A stretch of 64,000 nt of DNA from Raillietiella orientalis (taxonomy: Eukaryota), in the NCBI GenBank assembly GCA_036172245.1, contig JAYWIR010000004.1:620001-684000 (forward strand), given 5' to 3'. The position numbers were made by a program, and so were the translations under genes. This document shows, piece after piece, positions 49,562 through 62,299 of this stretch (within the stretch, counting starts at the first letter, position 1; each line of letters starts with the position of its first letter). The notes beneath the pieces were generated by a model that ran no database searches, was not told the DNA's origin, and was given only the letters and a program-made list of their open reading frames with translations.

Positions 49562-52500
49562 ATGGATAACCAGAAACTAATTAGCTTGTTAAGGTCTACT
49601 TTAGATCCTAATGAACTCAAGAATGCCCAAAAGCAGCTCGATGAGGTTAGTAATTTGTAAAAAGGAAAAAAAATAGTAGAAGCAAATTGAGATGTGTCTT
49701 CATCTGTTCAAAGATGAGGATATTTATGGTTTTGTCGAAGTCTTTGAAATTTGGCATGTTTTCAAAAATCAATCATGTTATGTGTACTACATTTGTAAGA
49801 TACTGGTACTTGTAGTTGTAATTATTTTTGTAGTTGTAATTATTTTTGATGTGATATGCTTACTTTAGATTTATAAATAACAATTATGTGAATGTTGTAT
49901 GTGATGTTTTTCGGATATATGGTTAATAGTGGGATGAATCCTGTAATGTAATGCATTTTCAGGTGCACCAGATTATTGGGTTTTGCCCTGCACTTTTGCA
50001 AATTGTAATGAATGCCAATTTAGAAATGGCAGTGCGTCAAGCAGGTAGATCATCAAATACATGATGACTTTGCCAGCTTAATGCATTTCAGGGATTGTCT
50101 GCTTGAAAAATGAAGTAGACCATTATTGGAAGGAACAAACTCCTGAATTAGGGGAGCCAATGCCCTTCCATATCCATGAACAAGATCGAGTGCTTTTACG
50201 TGAAGCTGTTGTTGATGCATGTGTGCATGTACCTGATTTACTTCAGCGCCAGTTGGCAAGGATTATCAAATGGATTATTGCCACTGATTTTCCAGATCGT
50301 TGGACAGGTGTAGTAGATAAAGCTGCTATTTACTTACAAGGAGCTGAACAGGGCCCTTGGGCAGGAGGCCTCCTATCTGTCTATCAGCTAATCACATGTT
50401 ACTTGTGAGGACACTTTGCATTTGTTGCCATCTGTTTATGATTGATTGCAGATTCAAAGAAGAAAAAGAACGTTTACCAATGCTGGAAGCCATGGCTCTC
50501 TTGTTGCCATTAATCTATGAACGGGGCATTCAATTGCTTGGAGATGAAAGTGCAGAGGGCAGAATGAGGTTGCGTTTGGTGTTAAAAGTGTTTTACCGCT
50601 TGATAGAGGTGAGAACAGCTGAAAAAACTATTTTGACTGTGTGCAGAATACACTCTCTCTCTCTCTGATAACCTATGAAGTCATTGCAAAATGGCTGAAG
50701 ATGCTTCATGAAGTTTTACTGCTGCCCGAGGGTCCTTTGCCTCTGCAGATGGATTCTTCTGATCGCCCATGTCAGCCTATTTGGCACTGTAAAAAGTGGG
50801 CAGCTCGCTGTTGTCATCGATTATTTGAGCGTTATGGAAGTCCTGGAAGTGTTTTACGTGCATATGAAGCTTTTGCTCAACATTTTATTCACCAGCTATG
50901 CCCACCAACATTAGAAGTTTTGTTACTCTTATTAAATAGTTATCAGAATGGCACCTATGTGGCACCAACAGTTCTGTTTGATGTATTATCTTTTTTAACA
51001 AAAGCTGTTCGTCATGGGCGTACCTGGACATTGTTGAAACCACATGTGCCTGCATTGCTTCGTGGAGTGGTATTTGCCCTCCTGTGTCCCTCTGATGAGG
51101 ACTTAGAGCTCCTAACATGTGACCCACATGCCTATGTTCGTGATCACTATGATGCATTTGAAAGTTGCACTGCTGCTGGAGCTGCTCAGTCACTGTTGAT
51201 TGCATGTGTACGCAGACAAGGGGTATTGCGTGACATTGCCAGTTGGCTTTTGCAAATGCTGAATAGCACAGAACCACGCCATCGAGATGGTGCTCTTCAC
51301 ATGGTGGGCTGCCTTGCTTCATCTGGAACTGTCCGCCATCAGCAGCAGTATTGTGAACGACTGGAGCCAATACTGTTAACACACGTGTTTCCAGAATTTG
51401 ATAGTCCCCATGAGTTCTTGCGTGCTCGTGCCTGCTGGATGTTACGTCAGCTAGCATCCATGCCTTTGCAAGATGCACATCTAACACAAGCAGTTGCTTT
51501 GATGCAGAGGGCACTTATGTCTGATGCTAGCCTTCCAGTCCGAGTAGAAGCAGGAGTGTCTTTACAAACACTGATGACTGCCAGTGATCGAGCCAGTAAA
51601 CTGATGGAACCTCATTTGCAGCAGATTCTGTTGGCACTGGTTGAACTCATGAGGGAGGTGGAAGTGGATGCCCTAAGTTTGGCAGTGCAAGAATTGGTCC
51701 ATTCTTATCCGGAGCGAGTGACCCCTGTATGTGTGGAGATGACACGCCATGTAGCCCAGTCCCTGATTGCCTTGCTCAAGACAGATTCTGAAGAAGAACA
51801 TCATGGGATGAGTGCTTTAGGACTGATGTCTGTATTGGAGACAATCATCCTTGCAATGGGAGATAACCATGAAGTTCTTACATGCCTTGAGCCCATAATT
51901 TTGGAGGTCATTGTGTTGGTATTGTCTCAGGAAGACATCTATGATCTGCGTGATGAGGCCTTGCAACTTTTGCCCCATTTCATGACCAAGAGTGTATCAC
52001 CCCCTGTGTGGGATGCTTTCAAGCTACTTTATTCCCTAGCCCAGCAAGATACAGGATGTGAAAACTTCGTTGATTTAGCTCCATCACTGCACCACTACAT
52101 CGTGATGGGCACTGAACACTTCTTATCACAACCAGACTATCTTCTTGCCCTGTTTAATATGTGTAAGCAAGTACTATGTGCAGCTGGTCCAGATGCTGAA
52201 ACTGCAGTGCATGTAGAGGCACAAACACATGCTGCTAAACTCTTGGAAGTGGTGCTTTTGCAGTGTAGTGGCTGTGTGGATCATTGCATTGCACCTTTTG
52301 CAGAAGTAGTTGTAACACGGCTTCTTAGGGTTGTCCGTCTGGTAGAGCTACGTGTTGCCTTGCTGCAAGTTTTAATTGCAGGATTCTATACAAGGCCAAC
52401 TTTACTCTTAGAAGCTCTTCAGCATTGCCCAAATACTGGTCTGGAGCCAGTGGTTACCCAGTTTATAAGGCAGTGGCTGCATGATGGTGATTGTTTTCTG

Positions 52501-53358
52501 GGTCATCATGCTCGTAAGCTATGTGTTCTGGGCCTTTGCACTTTGCTGGCATTACCAGCTAATCAAAGACCTCATGTTTTGCTGGAGATGGCGTCACGCT
52601 TTATGACTACTTTTATCATGTTGTTTAAAGGATTGAATCGTGTGTATGAAGGTAAGTGAGTTAATGAAAACATGAAATAAATTATGTGACCAGCTCGTGC
52701 CCAAGGAAGTACTGACTCTGAATCAGATGAGGATAGTGAGGAGCAGGATGAGGGTAAGAGTGGCTTGGTTTTCGAGAAGGTTCATTGGTCATGTAGATGT
52801 GCTGCAAAGTGATGAATCTGATATTGACAGCTCTGGAGACTACCTGGAAATGCTAGAGGGACGAGTGCAAGCTGCCTCCAAAGACAGTCCTTTCCCTATT
52901 CATACATCAATTGAGGTTAATATTCGAATTTGTTGTGGTGCTACTTCATCTTCCCATCTTTGCATTTAAGGATGATGATGATGACACACTGACTGAGGAT
53001 ACCAATGATTTGTTGGAAAATCTGACTACACCCTTGGATACTGAAGACTGCCCTATTGATGAATTTATAGTATTTCGAGAATTTGTGGAAAGTAAGTGAT
53101 TTAAATTGATTAAATTTACAAGTGTTTTGATGTGCGTATTTTTTTCTTCATATTTCAGAATTGGAGCTGACTGACCCTACTTGGTATAATCAGCTGATGG
53201 CAGGTCTATCTGAAGATGATCAAAAGTATGTGCAGCGCATATTTACTTGGGCTGAGCAAAGACGAGCAGCAGCTGAAAGTAATCGCATTCAAAAGCAGGG
53301 TGGTTACGTGTTTCATCAGCAAACTGTACCCACTTCCTTTAATTTTGGTGCTGACTAA
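49562..53358 (+). CDS. IPO7: Importin-7 (Ran-binding importin-beta family; Drosophila moleskin-like), 1046 aa
   Basis: Exons 49562-49645, 49963-50044, 50092-50404, 50452-50608, 50647-52651, 52694-52753, 52797-52915, 52971-53091, 53159-53358. All introns GT..AG with consistent phases; total 3141 nt. Family motifs: MD..L..T.DP..QLDE, VRQAG...LKN, CKKWA...RLFERYGSPG, LRARACW, RKLCVLGLC, acidic tract, RRAAAES..GGY.F..VPTSFNFG. Confidence 0.96.
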
Positions 53359-53974
53359 TCGAGTTCTATTTCTGTGATAGCCTCAAGGCCCTTTGAATAA
53401 TAAAGTGTGACCTTTGCTCAGCAATTGGACAATTGTAATCAGTACATTTATAGAAGAGTCTACACAGTAAGGGAGCATTCACCTTGATTTAAATGCAGTA
53501 TAAGATAGAAAAATGCTATAATTATTTTCATGTCTAGTTTTCTTTCTTCACAAACGACTCAGTGCAAACATTGGAAGTAGAGATGGTACAGCATATTTGG
53601 AATGTAGGTTTTCCATGAAGCATATGAAAAGTTGCAAAAAATGAGAACAGTGTTAGAGAAAGCTGAGATTATGGAAAGATATTACAAGACGCTAGTAGCA
53701 AAAGAGGTTTTGTGGAGGCTTTGGAAGGAAATTAAATCCACAAAGAATCAAGTTGTGGTGTGTAAAGGACACATGTCCAATGTAAATACAGTCAGAAAAG
53801 ATGAATCATAAACCAAATCTATTTTATGGCAAATTGGGTTTTCTGTGAAGATAAATCTGGAGAACACAACTGGAAGTGTGGGATTTATGGGACCTGTAAA
53901 CTACGAGGCCAATGCAAATAATTATGCTAGTGATCAATGAACTTTAGGGAATTGCATGTGACTGAGATTTTCGG

Positions 53975-54098
53975 TTTTGCTGTGGTGCTACTTCATCTCC
54001 CCATCTCTGCATTTAAGGATGATGATTGCCTTGCTCCAGACAGATCCTGAAGAACATCATAGGATGAGTGCTTCAGGACTAATGTCTATATTGGAGAC
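53975..54098 (+). pseudogene. Scrambled duplicated fragment of IPO7
   Basis: ~53978-54026 copies 52931-52979 (end of intron 7 plus start of exon 8); 54023-54098 copies 51764-51842 (exon 5). Several substitutions and a 3-bp deletion; the pieces overlap at TGAT. Confidence 0.9.
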
Positions 54099-54569
54099 TC
54101 CTTGACAGAAGCATGATGGAAGGCCTGCAATGACTAGCACACACAACAAAACGTGCAAAAATAGTTATCAGAGAAACCAGGCAAGTTTTAAATGACAATG
54201 TAGTGTGAAGTGGATTTATTGAAAACTTTGTGCGGTGCCATCAAGTTCGAAAACGCAGTTAGGTGCGAATAAAAGAGGATCTTCACAATTCAAGCACCAA
54301 ACAGCAGACTTCAGCTGAAGAATAATTTTTCAATGTTCAAGTAAAAACATTAGCGACAATAGAGAAAACCAAAAATGCCAATAACGTGTTTCACAATGGT
54401 TAAAAAAACTTTTGATGTAGACTACAATCATGGAAGTTATGCTCTAGCTTAGCTACTTGTGGCTACCAAACAAGACGCTTCAGTGAGACAAAACATTTGA
54501 TTTACAGAGGCAGTGGTGGAGACGCCATCTATTCTTTGGCAGTAATTAGGTGAAAAATAGACATGTTTT

Positions 54570-55700
54570 TCTTATCACGATACCTCAAACTGTAAGATAG
54601 TATATGTAGGCGTCCATATCTTACAGTTTGAGCTTTCTGGACGAAAAGTGCGGCTACGCATGTCGCCCAAAGTATTCATGCAAACTTTACGTCCAACCTC
54701 TTCACAAAGTATGCTGCTGACCAACAAATAAGCCACACGTAAATTATATGTGATTGCCCTGGACACGAATTATGTATTTACTGCTGATAGCGTCCCCTTT
54801 TTTCTTCACTAGCAGATTCGATCAGAAATGCCATGTAAAATTTCGTTGCCACGGGAATTGTCATCCTAGAATCACATCGATGTTTTCACGAGCGTCATCA
54901 CAAGAGCAAAATGAAGGAATCATTTAGCAACTTAGTGGATGATGGCCTCGAAGTTTTCGGAATGAGGAATATTAAAGGGAACTTTATACTGTTTCCATAG
55001 CATAGTAAAGTACCATCCAATCCTGCAGCGGCCGTGATTGCAATTGGAAATGTTAGTAAGCGGCTGTCTGTGACTGCTAGGGAGCACAAAATCTAATTTG
55101 AACCATTCAACCATACAATGTCTTCCTTATTGGTTAGGACGGTCGCTTTACGAAACAGCAACTCTTGGGTCTCTGCGAGCAGCAGGGGAAAAAAAAAAAA
55201 TAATAACATAGCAGTAGGAATCATGTTAACTTGATTAGCAACGGTGTCGTACTCGAATCCCACCTGCTGAAGCCCACAGAGTCCCACCCATGAAGGGCAT
55301 ACAAAACAGATCTGTCTTATTGTACCAAAATGACGCATATGCAAGAGGTAGGTAAAGGTACTGATCGCGTGATTGGAGTTGCTTTTGTTCACGGCTATCC
55401 TAAGGGGAACGCGCGATGGATTAGTTTCCTACTTCTGTGCAAATAACGAATCCAGTAAGTTTACCTAACTTCCAATTAATCATTATACTTGTCACCACTT
55501 TGTGATACAACGCATCTTGAAACCGAATAATGACTTTTGACGAAATGGGATGTTCCAAAGACGACTGATGTTCATTCACGGATGTCATTTTTTTCTCAAC
55601 TTGGAAACTCTCAAAAAATACTGATGAAAAACGAGCACCTCTCTTCGGCACCCTCCAATTGCTGAATGTTGAAACGTGGTGTTTTGCAAATAGCATACTT
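54570..55700 (-). mobile_element. Degenerate mariner-family transposase relic
   Basis: SVFFESFQ..TSVNEHQSSLEHPISS (cf. VFxWxxxFxxGxxSVxDxxRSGRP), ARVP (cf. ARWVP), KLRGHHP..FILLL/DAR (cf. LRxKRP..ILLHDNARPH), MRSRTF (cf. LRGRRF). Confidence 0.5.
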
Positions 55701-58401
55701 CTTGGTTCCGTGACTCATTCCTTGATTCGGCTTTTCATGGCATCAAACTGCACGCTATTCTAAGCGAGACCTCTCTTCGAACTGGGTGGTCATTTCAGTG
55801 CTCTTAGGTTCAACTCGGGAGCAGCTTCAGCTGCTTTCATTTACTTCGGCATACTGGGAACGAGCGGTCAAGATTTTTTTACCACAAAGCATCTAAACCT
55901 CCAGTGTGTGAGCTACAAATAAGTGGTTGAGAGCGACGATCCTGAGAATCAAGATCCTCCGATATCGCTTTAGTCAACAGGGTCCAAATGAAAAAAAAAA
56001 TCCATTTCCCTTTTGGATGTCCCTTCAGTTCACTTAAGCGTGGCACCGCACCGATTCTTTTCTAAAATTCATGAGAAAAATAATACATGAATTACTCTAT
56101 GAAGACAATTTTTTGAAACATATTTTGAAGAAAGTGAGAAACTAAGGAGCTTTGAATAGGGTTGTACCACAAAATTAATTTTCCAGCACCTCTTCATGAG
56201 TGGCGTCCTGCCTCCAGCCGCGTCTCTAGCAGTTCTCTGCTGTGGACGCGGAATTGTGGCAAGAAACCACGCGGAGAAGGCAAAACAGCAGGGATGCCAT
56301 CCACTGCGCGGAAATCTTCTTGAAGACCGCTTGTCGATGGCCCCTTTCAGGAAACTACGCAAACAGAACTTGTCAGCATCCGTAACAGGATACAGAGGAC
56401 GACTCCGGGCGTTCAATGATCCGTTCCCTGCCCTTTTCTCCCCGAAAAAACATTCTCCGCCCCTTTTTTCATTATTTTTTATGTTTATTTTTGTTTCTGG
56501 TTTTCCCTCCCCTTTCGCCAATGAAGAAAACCTCACCGGTCAGTGTTCTGTGTGTTCAGTTCACCAAGTGTTATGCCTCCATTGATGACCTTCAGACTTT
56601 ATTATGAAATTTTACTTATAAAATTTTAATAATGGATGTCCCGGCAAATTCGGGTGATAATCCACAAAATTGATGATTAATTCTATTTAAGAGATACTGA
56701 TAATCTCAGATGATAATTTCCCATAAATTTCGAAGCTCAGTTATCATCTCTATATGCGTCAGAGCACTGGTTATCGGCAATTTTGGTAATGACTTCAAAT
56801 CACGGCTTTGTGTTTCTTCTTTATCTAACTGCACAATCAGCATATCAATATCCACTAATTAACAGCATCAGAAGGTGTGGAATAATCTCCAAATAATGAA
56901 TCTCTTCGCGTGTTTCTCTTGCATGTGTGCCGGACAGATAAAATATCATCTCACCTGGATCCTGTTTAGTTTTTTTTGTTCCGGTGTGCTTTTGGAACAC
57001 TTCGCCTCCCCAAAATGCAGCGGATGGAGTCAGATTTTTGTTCCAATTTCAAAAAAAATCATGTCTCGAAAACTTTTGAACACTGCAGTGCTGTCAGCCA
57101 GGAGTTCTTCTCAGCTCCAAAATCCAGCAACCAAATGCTGAGTGACGTAAACTGATGACGGTGATGGAAATGCTCATTTTTTTCTGTCGCTAATGGCATT
57201 GTAATAAGTTCCAGTACAACTGTTATATATAATCATTATGTGCAGTCGTAAAAGTCCATAGTTTCTAATGATGATAAACTGAACTGCTACGAATGTTTCC
57301 CTACGTCTTTCCTTTTCCCATGATGCCTATGAAGGAGATTTTCAATCTTGATTATGGCTTGATCCATATTATAGGTAGTATTTTATACAATCAGCATATC
57401 GCCAAATTTCTCAATAAGCTGCACTGCTAAATGTTTTGCAAACTGCTTCAGAGGTAATGCACATGCATGTGATTAAATAAAAATCCAATGTATATCAACG
57501 CAGCAATATATTATTCCATTATTAAGTTCTTTTGAATGTTTATAAAACATGGTGTATTCGTTGCTATAGAATGGTTTCCCCAAAAATATAAAAAATGGGA
57601 TTGTGCAGATTTCCGATGTCACACTGCCGGAAGCATTTTGGTCAACCGATTCAGTCAAGTTTCTCGGTCGGCTATCACGAAGAAACCGATGAGGCTTTCC
57701 TCCTGGTGAGTCAAAAGGGCGCCATCCACGCTACCATCCGATGAACTCGCTCAAAAGAAGCCGAATGAACGAGAATTTCGCAGATATTTGCTTCTCTTTG
57801 CCACTGAGTGAAATCCTCTTCACCTCTTCCGAGTTGTGGCTTCGCTGTCCAAATACCTTGATGGTTTTCCCGGGTATCTTGCATGAGGCTTTTCCTTGTC
57901 AACGTGTGAGAGAACATACGGGTGAGCGAGTTCTGGTCCAGTTTCGTCTGCACACACGCTATCACGGATGTTGCGAAACCCCTTCTTCGCACACTACGGC
58001 ATGCGGAGATGCTGAGAATGCAAAGTCCAACTCGCGAACCGAAGTTCGTGGGTGGGTTCGTCGGAACGCGCTCAGCTAACCAGAGAACGGCAAAACAAAC
58101 TGAACTGCTTTTCCTCCGAAGACGAAATGGAAAGTGAAGACAGTGTCAGAGGAAGAAACAAAATGAAAAAACAGGGGTCGCACAGGCATCTGAGTTTTTC
58201 ATCATTAGAAAGTTCTCGACTGAGTCAAGTGTTTTCTTAAGACTTCCGGGTTCCGTGCGTTACTCGTTTGTCCATTCCCTTCCCAGGGTCCCACCGACTT
58301 TCCGGCCAACGCGGAGGTCGGCACTCTTTCGCGGAACTCGGAGGCTGGGAGGGAGAGCGCCCCTTCTAGCGCACGCTCGTCGGATGATGCCGTGCCGGGG
58401 T

Positions 58402-61127
58402 TCACTCCAGCTTCCAAGTCTTCTTAACGAGGTCGGCTGCCTTCTCCCCGATCATGATGATGGGCGCGTTGGTGTTCCCGGAAACGATGTGCGGCATTAC
58501 AGAACCGTCGGCCACGCGGAGTCCGGTGACCCCGCGGACTCTGCGCGGAGGAGGATTCGGGAAGGTGAAAAAACAGATCTGCACCCCAGCCTGCAATTAC
58601 CGTAGCTGTGGGTCCACGACGGCCGTCTTGTCCCAGGCGGGCCCCATCTTCGCTGTGCAGCAAGGATGGTAAATGCTCACTGTATAGTGCCTGGAGAGAC
58701 ACTCCAGGTACCCATCCGAGAGGAAGCTGAATCTCTCGCAGCCGGGAAAGGGGGTCTTGTAGAGCCTGCTTCCGTACTTTCGGAAGGAGGGCGCCCTAGA
58801 CAAAGCCAGCACGAGCTTGAGCCCTGGAGGCAAGACCCCCAGAGGGATTGCCTGCCCTTCTCCACCCCCACTTCCCTCCTCACCTTCCACCAGAACCTTC
58901 AGATCATCAGGGTGCGTCAGGTAGTTAGGGAAGATGAGGGGGTGGTGGTGGGGGTTTGCATCCTGGAGTTCCATGTAGCCCCTGCTACGGGGTCGCAGCA
59001 GGGTGGGGACCGCCGTCCAGCAGTCCATCTCGGAGATGGGGGACAGGAACTTGTTCCACGTCTCCTCCGTGAGACCTTGGATGCGCCTGATAAATCGACC
59101 CCCGTCCGTGGCCGAGGAGGACGGGATGAAGTGGAACTCCACGTCCGGGAAGTCCAGGGACGCGTTGGAGTACCGGGTGTTCAAGAACGCGAGCCCCTCG
59201 ACCCCGCCCATCACAGTGAGAGGGCCGCTCCTCTTCTTCAAAAAGTGCGACATGGTCTTCACGTTCTCGTACCTCCTGGCCACCAGGGACACCTCCTTGT
59301 TGACCAGGAAAAAGAGGCCGGCGGCCCCGATGTGGTCCTGCAGGTTCCTACCGACGTCCGCGTCCTTCACCACGGGTATCTTCAGTTTCTTTAGATGCTC
59401 CCGGGGTCCGATCCCGGACAGCATCAGGAGCTGAGGGGTGTTGATGGCCCCCGCAGACAGTACGATCTCCTTCCTGGCGTAGGTCCGCTGAACCCTACCG
59501 TCCTTCTCGAATTCTACACCGTAGGCTCTCCGGCCGTCAGTGAAGATAACCTGGGACGCGGATTGGGGGTCACCGGAAAGGCAGCAGCTTCCGCCGGATC
59601 GCATCTCCTCCGAGTCGCGCGGACCCCCCTCGCGCGAGCAGGAAGGGTCATGGGTCTCCGAGGAGCTTCGGAAGAGTCTCTGATTCCCTCGCTCTCTACC
59701 TGCCGCCCCCATTCAACTCCCAGGCGCCCGCTTCCAGCGTCTCGTTCGCCAACGTCTGTGATCCCCTGGGCGCCGAATGCGAGCGCTCATCTGCTGTACG
59801 CATCGGGGCTGCGCCACAAAAGGGCCGAGGTTACGGACGATCCAAGCGACTCCACCCATGTGATTCCCGGTACGGGCTGATGAGCTTTCGCACAGGTCGG
59901 GTCACCCGAAAGCGGCCCGGAGCATTCGAGACCGGGGGTGGACCAACTACTGCTGTTGGCACCGCTGCCCGAAGAGGTCGCGACCCCACCCGTTCCGAGG
60001 CGCAGGTGGCCTGAGCCGTTCGGGTCGACGTCGAACCAGCGGATCAAAGCGGATCAAAGCCGCCACTCACCTTGCGCACCAAGGCGCTCACGGCGATATC
60101 CAAGTTCGGCCTCCACGACGCCTGACGTAGGAACGCCTTCGAGGAAGAGCAGCGCTTCCCATCTCTCAGGGTACCCTGAGGCAACGTGAAGCCTGCAGAA
60201 GGAGGTAGGGAAGGGACTGGCGGCCCGGGGGAGGAAAGGAAGGGGGAAGAGGGGGAAAACCGACCTGTCTGGCGCGCACTGTTGATGTCGACGATGGAGT
60301 AACCCATGGCCACTCCTCCTTCCAGGAAGCTCAGCGCCAGAGGACTCTTCCACCTGGGCTCGTCGATGGTCAGCGGCCCGCCCACGGAGTGGAAGCGACC
60401 TTGGGAAAGCAGCCGACCTCGTGCTCGTCCTCCGTCGGAACTCACCGTTCCTGGCGACGTAAGGGTTGCGATTGTCCTCGGACTTGAGGAAGTAGGGCAG
60501 CACGTCGTCGAAGGACCAGCCCACGTTGCCCTCGGACTGCCACAGGTCGTAGTCCCTCCGGTTGCCCCTCACGTAGAGCATGAAGTTGAGGACGCTGGAG
60601 CCCCCCAGCACCTTGCCCCGGGGCCACTTGCACGACTGATTTTTCATCGCCAGGCACGCCGTCGTCTGGGGCTGCGTCCGGTAGCGCCAGTCCATAATCC
60701 CCTCCTGGAGGTAGCTGGCGAGGGCCGGGACGTCAGAGATGGCGTTTTCCTCCCGACCGGCCTCCAGCAGGAGGACGCGCATCCGGGGGTCCTCGGACAG
60801 CCTCGAAGCAACAACGGAGCCGGCCGACCCTCCTCCGACTTTGGAGGAGCGAGAGAGAGGGGGAGAAAGGTCCCTTGTTGACCGCAAAAACGGAGGGGGA
60901 GGGGCAGGGGCAAGGGGACTCGCCCTTTCAACCACGGGGGCTCCCGCGAACTTACCCACGATGAAGTCGTACTCCAGGGCGACGTTCTCCGTACGGGGTG
61001 CGGCGTAGGGCGGGACGTCCGGGTAGTGCTCCAGGAGGAAAGCCAAGAGAACCGGGAAGAGCCAGAAGCCCTTCTGAGGCCTCAGCGCGGGCGGGACGGT
61101 CGAGTGCGCGAGGGACGCCAGAGCCAT
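58402..61127 (-). CDS. GMC oxidoreductase, glucose dehydrogenase [FAD, quinone]-like, 616 aa
   Basis: Minus-strand exons 61127-60956, 60838-60446, 60399-60265, 60192-60071, 59550-58884, 58823-58601, 58540-58402. All introns GT..AG with consistent phases; 1851 nt. Motifs: YDFIVVGGGSAG (FAD binding), [54 protein letters not shown] and SGNTNAP (His/Asn catalytic pair). Start taken as the first in-frame ATG. Confidence 0.95.
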
Positions 61128-62299
61128 GAGGGAGAAGCAACTGAGGTCGGAGTCGCTTTGCAGCGGGAGGAGCGCCGCCGCGGAGCGCCGCGGGCAACGG
61201 GACACACGACCGCTTCCTGGCGCGCCCCCGTCACCCCCCGCAGCGGCAGGGGTGGGAGGGGAATAAGGATGAGGCTGCTCCTCCCGTTACCAGGAGACGT
61301 TGACCTCGCGGCAGCAGCCGCCGCCGGGGGCTCTCGTGGGCGTAAGAGCCGCCACGACAGTGGAGAAGGCGGGGAAGGGAGGGAAGGGGTGGGGGCAGAT
61401 GGATGGGGTTGTGTCCCTAGCGGCGACAGCGGCGGACCAGGAGCGTCCGCCTTCCGAAGAACAAAGACAGCCGCATCGCCGTTGCGGGAGGAGGGGGCAC
61501 CGCCTTCCAGTCAAGAGGATTCCGTCAGCACGGCGGGAGCACTCTGCCCCGGGGGCGGCCGCGCGTGCGCGTCCCTGAGGACGCCTCGTTTCTCCCCCGG
61601 GCGCACTGGCAATGCCACTGCTTCTAGGAAGAACCCAGGCAGCGGCGCTAGGAGGAAGAAGCTGCGCTTCAGCTGCTTCCCTTCGAGCCTCCCCTTTGCC
61701 AGCCGGGTCGAGAATTGAACAAGAGGGAAGAGAGAGAGGGTGGACAGCATGGGGTGGAGGAGAACGCTATGCCGTTCATAGTGTCAAAGGAGGCGTGTAG
61801 GGAAAGAGGGAGGGCGGTCCGCGCACGACCTGCGAAGACTGTGATCTTCTCAAGGGAGGCTGGAGGGAGGAGACGCAAAGGATGAGAAGGGGAGGTGGAA
61901 GGAAAGAGGTGGTCTGCTTCCATCTTCCAAAGCAGTTCGAACCAGCGCAGGCCAAGCCCCTCCCCCGGCAGCGGCTCGAGACCTCACGAGAGCAGCTTGT
62001 AAGCCGGTCGCCCGCCACGCTGGAAAGTTCCGGCGCGCCTTTCGGCGCAGCCCCTATCTGCCACCGTCGGCAATGCCGCCGTCTCGTTCCTGGCTCCTCG
62101 TTACCAGAGGCGTCAGTGCAGCCGTCTGCTATGTGGTTAGCAGGGAGCGACGCGAAGGCAGGCAGGTGCTCTGACGACTCGGCTCTCTAAGGAACTCCTC
62201 ACGGGACGTCGCCTGGTACGGGACGCGGACGTGGCTCCAGTTCGTGAGACCCGTCGCTAGAAGCAGGCTGAGCTCATTCAGTTTCCATACTTAATAGCA

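Noticed and set aside
49681..49795. Possible snoRNA in IPO7 intron 1 (11-bp hairpin, later ACA)
   Set aside because: No correctly placed H box and ACA pair, and the C/D-like reading is too short; not supportable without a model search.
49812..49847. 18-bp tandem duplication GTAGTTGTAATTATTTTT x2
   Set aside because: Ordinary local slippage duplication in an intron.
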